A stretch of DNA of 64,000 nt, taken from positions 4,059,572-4,123,571 of the forward strand of contig CAVNZM010000008.1 of assembly GCA_963693365.1 (NCBI GenBank). Direction: 5' to 3'. Position numbers and translations under genes: made by a program. The notes beneath the pieces are model-generated. The model was given only the letters and a program-made list of their open reading frames with translations. It did not search any database and was not told the DNA's origin. How positions within the stretch are numbered: the stretch's first letter is position 1; each line of letters starts with the position of its first letter. Shown one piece after another: positions 50,855-64,000 of the stretch. This stretch comes from Amoebidium appalachense. Its lineage: Eukaryota > Protista > Ichthyosporea.

Positions 50855-51669
50855 TTTCAGGGGCTCCTAATTAAAACAAACTATGTATACTGATGTTAAA
50901 TTTTGGTTTTACAAAACGTTAACTTAGATTTTATGATTTTTCTTGAACTTTAACGTTTCCCCTTCAGTAATCGTCACGTTAGGGCACGAAAATCTAGCAG
51001 TAGGAAGTTGGGCTCCAGAAAGAAAACTAATGGCCTGTGCAGAGCAAAAACCATACAAAGAGTGCAGAAAATCGACGTGTTTGTAAATGACGGTATCCCC
51101 AAACGTGGTTTTATACCTTACGGGGTACTGTGCCACCACAACCGTTTTTTCGTGTCACTGTTCAGTGGCTCTCACAACCCAAAAATAAAATTTAATAGAT
51201 TGATTTGATTGGTGGATTTTTGACGACAGCAGCTGTGACTCCGGCCTGGGAAGCACCCACGTCACTTCTCCCCTTTTGGTTAACGTTACAGGTGAATGAG
51301 TGGAGGAGCTTTCTCGGACTTTTCTGCTCAAGTTTGTTTAGGCTTTGCATGACGACGGTTATGCTGACGACGGTGTGGGCCAAAAGCCCGGGTGACACAT
51401 TATGGATTGGTTGGGTTTGTGTTTTTGTTCAACACTGTTACGTACTATATGGCAAGGAAGGTGGGGTGTGGCAGGTGTGTGTGCGTGTACGTGTGAGTGT
51501 GCGTGCGTGTGTGAGTGTGTGTGAGTGTGTGTGAGTGTGTGTGTGTGTGTGTGGGTTTGAAGGGGGGGGGGGGGGGGGGGGGGGGAGGGGGGGGATTTTG
51601 ATAAGCAGCTGGGCCAAATTTTATATTACCCCCCTCCCCTCCCTCCCTCCCCCCCCCCCCCCCCCCCCA

Positions 51670-51700
<31 letters not shown>

Positions 51701-52029
51701 GAAGAAAGGGAAGAAAAAAAGAATTTGAAGAAAAAGAAAAATCGGGACACGGGTATTTGTGGCTGAGCCCCTTGTTTCCCATAACCCTTTAATGCACACA
51801 CACATGCACGCACACATACAATGCACACACATGCACTCGTACACCCACACACGCATGCACATAACTATCAACTCTCTGCAATCCGAGGGCCAACTCAGGC
51901 AAGTTCGTGCAAGACGCCGCACACTCTTTTCGTTCAAGAGCTGTTGTCTCTTCCATGAATGTAAAAAACACATCTTTGTGAAACACAGCCTAGACCACCC
52001 CGTTGTTGACCAAAGATAAGAGTATTAAG

Positions 52030-52064
<35 letters not shown>

Positions 52065-53128
52065 CCCCCCCCGATGCAGCATCTTTCCGTTTCTAATGCC
52101 TTCTCTATAAACCTTAACCGCACTGTGGCTCAAGCTCACGATGGTTTATTGCTCCCTCTTCAGGCTCTTTTTGTTTAAGTTACCAAACGTTCTGAGACTG
52201 TTCAAGAAAGCAGAGACTTGCATTTATTTCCCGGGGGGTGCAGCCCCCCTTCCTCCACCACACGCACAAACAACACGGAACACAAGCACAGCTGCGACCT
52301 GCCACAAGCATGAAGGCAGGAGGGAAAGACACGGCGCGGACATGCACACACGCATTCCCACATGCAAGCTCGCGTGTAGGCTAAAGTACACAGGCACACG
52401 TACACCTGCTCAGTCAAGCAGTCTGAAAAGTGCAAGTGTGAAGGCAGGGGTCATACACACACAACCATTCACATGCTTGCACATACACATGCATGCACAA
52501 AGGTTAAAGGGTGACCGTGTGTGTATACTTGCGTGCGAGTCCAGCATTGTAAGCCAAGGATTTCAGTGGTCACGTACTTCTGAAAAAGATGGGTAAAGAT
52601 GGTCTTTATTAAAGCCTCAAAAAAATTCCAGACGAAGTACTGAGGCTCGTAAAACCAGTGTCGGTTACCTCGCTCTCACAGGCAATCGCCTTTCTAATAG
52701 CTCATCCTCTTTGCTAGCTAAAACACTTTGCTATCTGTAACATGGATAAATAGAGCGCTGTGTATACAGGTGGCCGGAACAAGGCTGCTCGAACAAGAAA
52801 CTGTGGCATATATGTAAAACTTTGACCCTGCTACACTAGCGCTACTGCTTTTGATAACATTTCGGCTAAATTCCAACTACCCTAGTTTCTAAACGGACAA
52901 TAAGACAACCATAGCTCGTGTAAAACTAACAAAAACCCCCTATTGCATCACCACCCTCCCCTAAGTTCACTCCAAAATACATACAGACCACACAAAACTT
53001 TTCTCCCTCACGTCTGTCACCAGGAATCGCCAGATTTCTGGTATGAACGCGGCAGCTTTTTCACTCCAGGTAGCCTTCACTACGCTACCTTCAGCGACTT
53101 CACCTTATCATAATTCATCGACTGAAAA

Positions 53129-53298
53129 TGACGTCACAGACACCCGGTGCCTTAGGGTTGCAGGACCCGACCCGGCCCACATGTGCATGTCACGTGACAT
53201 TGCGGTTCTCTGATTGGCTGAAATCGATTCACTATAACGTGCCGCCCTCACATAACAGCGGGCTCCCTTCCGTAACGCCTTTCTCTTTCTCCTTCCTA
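53129..53298 (+). promoter_or_regulatory. RPL36 promoter: CRE-like TGACGTCA, 14-bp E-box palindrome, inverted CCAAT, TATA-like element and TOP-like pyrimidine tract
   Basis: TGACGTCA at 53129-53136; ATGTCACGTGACAT at 53187-53200; ATTGG at 53213; TATAA at ~53233; CCTTTCTCTTTCTCCTTCCT from ~53278, just upstream of the ATG. Confidence 0.55.
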
Positions 53299-53330
53299 CA
53301 AAGGGAAAAAGCCATTTCTAGTAGGAAAAA

Positions 53331-54494
53331 ATGGCAATCACCTACGCTACCGGCACGGCCGTGGGCCTGAAGAAAGGCTACCCCACCACCAAGTGCGCCA
53401 AGCGCGTGAAGCCCAGCCACAGGAAGGGCGGCCTCAGCAAGCACGTGAAGTTCGTGCGCGATGTTATCCGCGAGGTACGCACAGGTTTCTTGACGTTTTT
53501 TTTTACCATGTTTCCACAGGGCGGATGCATCCTCGTTTGGAGGAAGAACGGGATGGAGGCATGCAATAACAACGTTTCAGGCGGATAGCCGATTACATAT
53601 GTTATACAGACTGTTTACGGTCGAGAGCTAGGCGCTATGTGTCGGTCTATCGAGAGGGGGAGTTCGTCTTCCCAGATTCTTTCTTCCCGTTTACCAGTTT
53701 TCGTTGATTCTGTGGCGTTTCTTGTTTTGGCAGGTCGGGAACGGACGGTTTGGATTCGTCATTTTACAAGGGTTTTTTAGGGGTGTACTGGTTGGGAACA
53801 GACACCTGCGTCATGGCTTGGCAGAGTTTCCGAAACGTGCAGCATACACGTAGTTTAGTGCGCGAGCACGCACACATAAAACAGGTGTATATGTGCACGG
53901 GCACGTAGGCAGGCACACACACGTCGGGACTCACACACAAGTCACTTTACATACGAGGACATCTCGAAGGCACGAGCACTGTGCATACACACAGAACACA
54001 GGAAGAATCTACACAGCACGGAAACAAGTGGGCACGTGCCTTCTTCCGTGCGCGCACGCACACACACACACACAGACAACCACACCTTGACACGGATACA
54101 TGCATACACAAACATACACACACTGCATTCTGCTGTGGCCTTCGATATCACTTCACCCATGCACCTGGAGTTCGTTGCGTACACCCAGTATACCTTCTCA
54201 ACGGCTATATCAAGCACATGTTTGTGCACACTGACTGGTTTTACAACATCCCTGTTGAATACGGTCTCGTGGGAACTCGGATTTGTTCGTTCGTTGGTTC
54301 TGTGAGAAGGGGTGTGATGGTGGTAGGCGTGGGAGGGTTGTCTTCTGTGTGCACTGCTGGCTCCTGTTTCTGTCATTTTACTCGGCTCGACGTTACACTT
54401 GGCAGGGGAATGTGTGCATGTGAGCTGCTTTTTTTGGGAGATCGCTTTTCTGGTGCGGATGGGGTAGTGCACGCTAAGGTTTTTTTGCTTGAAA

Positions 54495-54526
<32 letters not shown>

Positions 54527-55885
54527 GAGAGATCGAGGGAGTAAGGGAAACGGGGGAGTTGTGGTGAGAGAAGGGGAGAGGATTTTGAAGGAGACAGCTG
54601 TGGGTTTTCCAGTGTTCGCTTCATTTTATACACACACACATGGTCTCTGTTTCGGGTGTTTTCCGGGGGGGGGGGGGGAGGGGGGGCTTTGCGAGAGGGG
54701 ATGGGTGTGGTGATGATGGACAGATGGTGATCTGGTAAGTTTTGTTGGTGTTTGAAGTGACGTTCAAATGTATGACTACGTTTTTTTTTCTTGGGGGCGG
54801 GGGGTTGCTTTTAGTTTGATTCCCTGTAGCCCTGTAGGTTGGGATGGGTTGTGTAGTCGGGGCGTGTGAGTGCATGCATGCGCTTACGATTCCACTAGTT
54901 ACGTGTGTGAGGGCGAAGAGGAGGGGGAGGGGTAAGCTATGGATATTTATTCTTTTTTTTGGTGTTGGTGATGGGATGGAGGGGGGTTTAGTCAGGTGTA
55001 GCGGGTGATGCGTGCGTGCTTTTGGCCCGATTACACGTGTAGTTTGTTTTTTACACGTCACTAACCCAGACCATCTTGTTTCTGCCTCCTCCTCTTCCTT
55101 TTGCTCCCAACACACACACACCTGTCCCTTTTTAACACCCAACTGCTCAGACTTGTACATCCCACGCGCTACCTTTGCAAATGCACAAACACGATCCACA
55201 CACACATACATGGCCATACACTGTACTGTACACGTCGACACACACACACACATGCGCCATCCTCCACACGCACGCACACACACAACACGCGATACACCAA
55301 CACTCTCACGTACTCACATACACACAACCTTGAACACACACCTGCATTACAAACCTGCAAGCACACCACCCATACACGTCTACGCTACACACATGCCTAC
55401 CCCTACACAAACACCCACCTATACGTACACTCCCCCCCCCCTCCCCCTCTCCCTCCTTCTGCGATGGGCTTTGCTTGTGCGGCATACTGTGCCCCTTGCT
55501 GATGTTGCAAACTTGCATGGTTGCCTTAGCCTGTATTCTGCACCGTATTTCTCACCCTGTGCTTTTACTTAATATCGTGTTCTCATTCTAACCTTCCCCT
55601 CCCCCCCCCCCCCCCCCCCCCCCACCACCACCACCACCACCACCACCGCCCACACACACACACACACCCATACGCATACACATCCACACACACACACGTA
55701 CATGAAAACAGGTGTCCGGTTTCGCCCCGTACGAGCGCCGCATCATTGAATTGCTGCGTGTGTCCAAGGACAAGCGCGCCCTTAAGCTTGCCAAGAAGCG
55801 CCTGGGCACCCACCGCCGCGGCAAGGCCAAGCGCGAGGAGATGACCAACGTGCTTGCCCAGCAGCGCAAGGCCGGCCACCACTAA
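53331..55885 (+). CDS. RPL36: 60S ribosomal protein L36 (eL36), 105 aa, 2 exons
   Basis: Exons 53331-53474 and 55712-55885 joined by a phase-0 GT-AG intron: [12 protein letters not shown]...[21 protein letters not shown]|[44 protein letters not shown]. Strong C/G-ending codon bias. Confidence 0.97.
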
Positions 55886-56179
55886 ATGCAAAAACGCACG
55901 TGCACACGTGCTGTGCTTGTGTGTGCTTGAAAAAACAAGGATGGTGTATGTGTCTGCATGGCGGAAGTTTCGCCTTGTGCATACTCGGAGTTGCTCCCTT
56001 CCTTTCTCCCCTCCCCCCCTCCTCCTCCTCCCCATCCCCCTCCCTCCTAAACCACGCACATGAATTGACACACACACAGACATGCACACATTATGACGCC
56101 TGCCCTTTTTGTGTGCTTGCTAAGTCTCCATTGTGTTGTCCATCGTGATAGCATAACTGGTACCCTGCAACATCATTTA

Positions 56180-56217
<38 letters not shown>

Positions 56218-56671
56218 GCGGCCCCACCACCCGATTTTGAAGGGGAAAAAATGCATCTGTTTTTGTGTACGTGGTTACAGTGTTTGTCGCGCACACTCGG
56301 TACGTTTCTTGTGTTGCCAAATCCGCGTATATAATTTGCTCACCTGTCCCTCCCTCTCACATTATTTTTACTAGTTGTTGTCATGCTTGCCTTCCGTGGC
56401 CAAATCCATCATGACCGACCTGCATTTTGTTCACTCTCAAAACTACCCCCCCCCCCCCCCCCTCTTACCCCGAACTCGAGAGCTAATTCTAGTCGGTGAG
56501 TCACTCTCCAATGGGTGAGAGTGAGCTTGCTACGAGAGAGAAAATTCTGGTAGAGAGAGGGACAAAGCTATTATTACAGTGGAGAGAAAGAACCCTGGAG
56601 AAAGAGAGGGAAATCCCACTATCACCTGAACCCCTGGGGGGGGGGGGCTACCACCTACTGAGGCGGTGTCT

Positions 56672-56707
<36 letters not shown>

Positions 56708-57617
56708 GGCCGCCTGAGTAGATGTTAAAACGTCGCACGTGCGGCAACACGTCAGTACGTGTTAGGGGGGGGGGATGAAAGGGGACTTGAAGAGAGAGAG
56801 CCTACAAAAAAAAGAGATGTTTGGAAAGAGAGAGAGAGTCAGATGAGAAGTGATTAGATAAGAAAATAAAAATATAGAAGAAAGGGAAGAGTGTGGAAAA
56901 AAAAAGAAAAGGGAAAGGCAAAGAAAAAGAAAAAAATTATTGCCTGCCCCTCACAGTGCTGATCACGTTTGCCAATCATAATCGTCCACTCTATCCTTAT
57001 ATGGCTATCAACAGTCCTAAAAAGGCAAAAAAAATGTTTTTGTGAGAACGGCGCCAAAACAAAACCAACCAAAACAGAGCTCGAGCTTGAAGTGTTCTCA
57101 GTCAAGCCCTTTACGAGGGCCTGTTGTCATTTACTGAATTCGAACCGAAAACTAAGAAAAATCATCGCTTGAGGCTTTTGTACAGCATTCTAGCCCGCAC
57201 ACACTCACATATACATACTAAGCTACGCGTGTTGATCAAAACATGCAGTCATGAGTTCAAGCCCCACGCTTCAGGCAAAGCAATCGCACAATCTTCCCCC
57301 ATCCAGCTTGTGTGGGGTCATTCAACGCAATCCTGTGCTGGACGCTTTTGTAAACGTATTGGTGTTTGTGCTTTTTGTGCTTCTCCCTTTTACGCTCTTG
57401 TACAAGGCCTTGTACTTCCTGGGAGTTTTTTTTGCCTGACTTCAGATAAGTTGTCGGATCTCGGCCTGTCACATGAACACTGAATCGGTGCTCGTGATCG
57501 AATTTTCTGATTAGCAAAAGTCTTATATTCTTATGCAAACTTACTAACCTCCTTAAAGCTACTGTCGGCTCAGTCACCCACACCACTATTGACATACGTT
57601 ATCTTAGTTTTGAGCCC

Positions 57618-62925
<5,308 letters not shown>

Positions 62926-63356
62926 TTTGGTTTTAAGGCCGACCTAATTGGGTCTATATTAGGAAATATCGGTCCAACGTGTGGAATACAGGGTGGGAGT
63001 TTAAGTTCATGAACCCCAGCGACCATATTAGGGCAATAGATTGGCTCAAGGATGTGGGCCTGCACGACGTATTTGCCGATTGATTTGGTTTTAAGGCCTT
63101 CGTGGTTGGGTCTATATTAGAATGTGGACGAATCTCAATTCCGACCTTTGAAGGAGGGGGGGGGGGGGGATATGGGTAAGGTAGGTAAGGGTTTAAACTC
63201 TATTTATTGCCGGTTATGAAAGTTCAGTGATTGTGGTAGAAAAGGCAGTATACTGGCTGATTGCCCCGTTGAACTTGGTGAACCAATGTAAATATACTTG
63301 TATATATATGGAGAAAATTCATTTTGATTGATTACGTAGATAGTTGCCGTACACGT

Positions 63357-63486
63357 AATCCGTCCATTCAGCTTTGGCGTTCATATGTTTCACATAATTA
63401 TGTCAGTGGAAGAGTTTTCGTAATCCGTCCATTCAGCTTTGGCGTTGGTATGTGTTTCACATAATTATGTCAATGAAAGAGTTTTT
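63357..63486. repeat. Two-copy ~65-bp tandem repeat
   Basis: TAATCCGTCCATTCAGCTTTGGCGTT...TGTTTCACATAATTATGTCA occurs twice. Confidence 0.85.
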
Positions 63487-63495
63487 GGGTGTGAC

Positions 63496-63582
<87 letters not shown>

Positions 63583-63940
63583 AGGGGGGGGAAGAGAGGG
63601 GGGGGGGGGGGGTTGATACACATACTCAAACACCGCCTGAACCTATAGTTCTTGAGGTACACATATACCATTAATAAAAATACCGTACCGTCATTTGCAA
63701 CGCTTTGAATTAATTAAATTTATTGGGCATCAAGCCACGTACAAACATTGATTAAAACATTAAAGTTTTAAAGGCCATGCCAGTGGCCACCAATAGCTGC
63801 ATCATGAACCTGACTGTTTTGCCCCTATGAACTCAAACCTTCCCAAGCCTCCCCCCCCGCCCAGCCTCCCCAACAACAACACACACACCCAAACACGGGC
63901 ACGGCACAAAAACCCACACAGGTACACACGTGCATGCGCG

Positions 63941-63989
<49 letters not shown>

Positions 63990-64000
63990 ACACATAATAA

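Noticed and set aside
53475-55711. Intronic snoRNA in the RPL36 intron (GTGATGA near 54710)
   Set aside because: No box D CTGA at a suitable distance and no convincing H/ACA fold by eye.

Overview
Eukaryotic, intron-rich genomic DNA, probably an opisthokont/holozoan protist (inferred from RPL36 only). Introns and spacers are saturated with poly-G/poly-C tracts and (CA)n/(GA)n microsatellites, so most ORF-track entries are noise. The main feature is a 9-exon minus-strand gene (7163-18015). Once one apparently missing base in a G6 run is restored, it splices into a ~1334-aa protein fusing DUF1365, an FAD-dependent oxidoreductase and a cyclopropane-fatty-acid-synthase-like SAM methyltransferase. 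These are the families of UfaO, UfaD and UfaM in bacterial furan fatty acid synthesis. Other genes: RPL36 (2 exons), a spliced bacterial-type GST-family gene, two paralogous secreted Cys-motif proteins, a cluster of low-complexity Gly/Pro/acidic multi-exon genes with duplicated exons, and two intronless orphan ORFs. Small repeats: a 431-bp TIR element with a 6-bp TSD filled with palindromes, two Helitron-like 3' ends, a 231-bp intronic repeat pair and a tRNA-like SINE head. Gene models were built by eye from GT/GC-AG sites and reading-frame phase. No database search was run.
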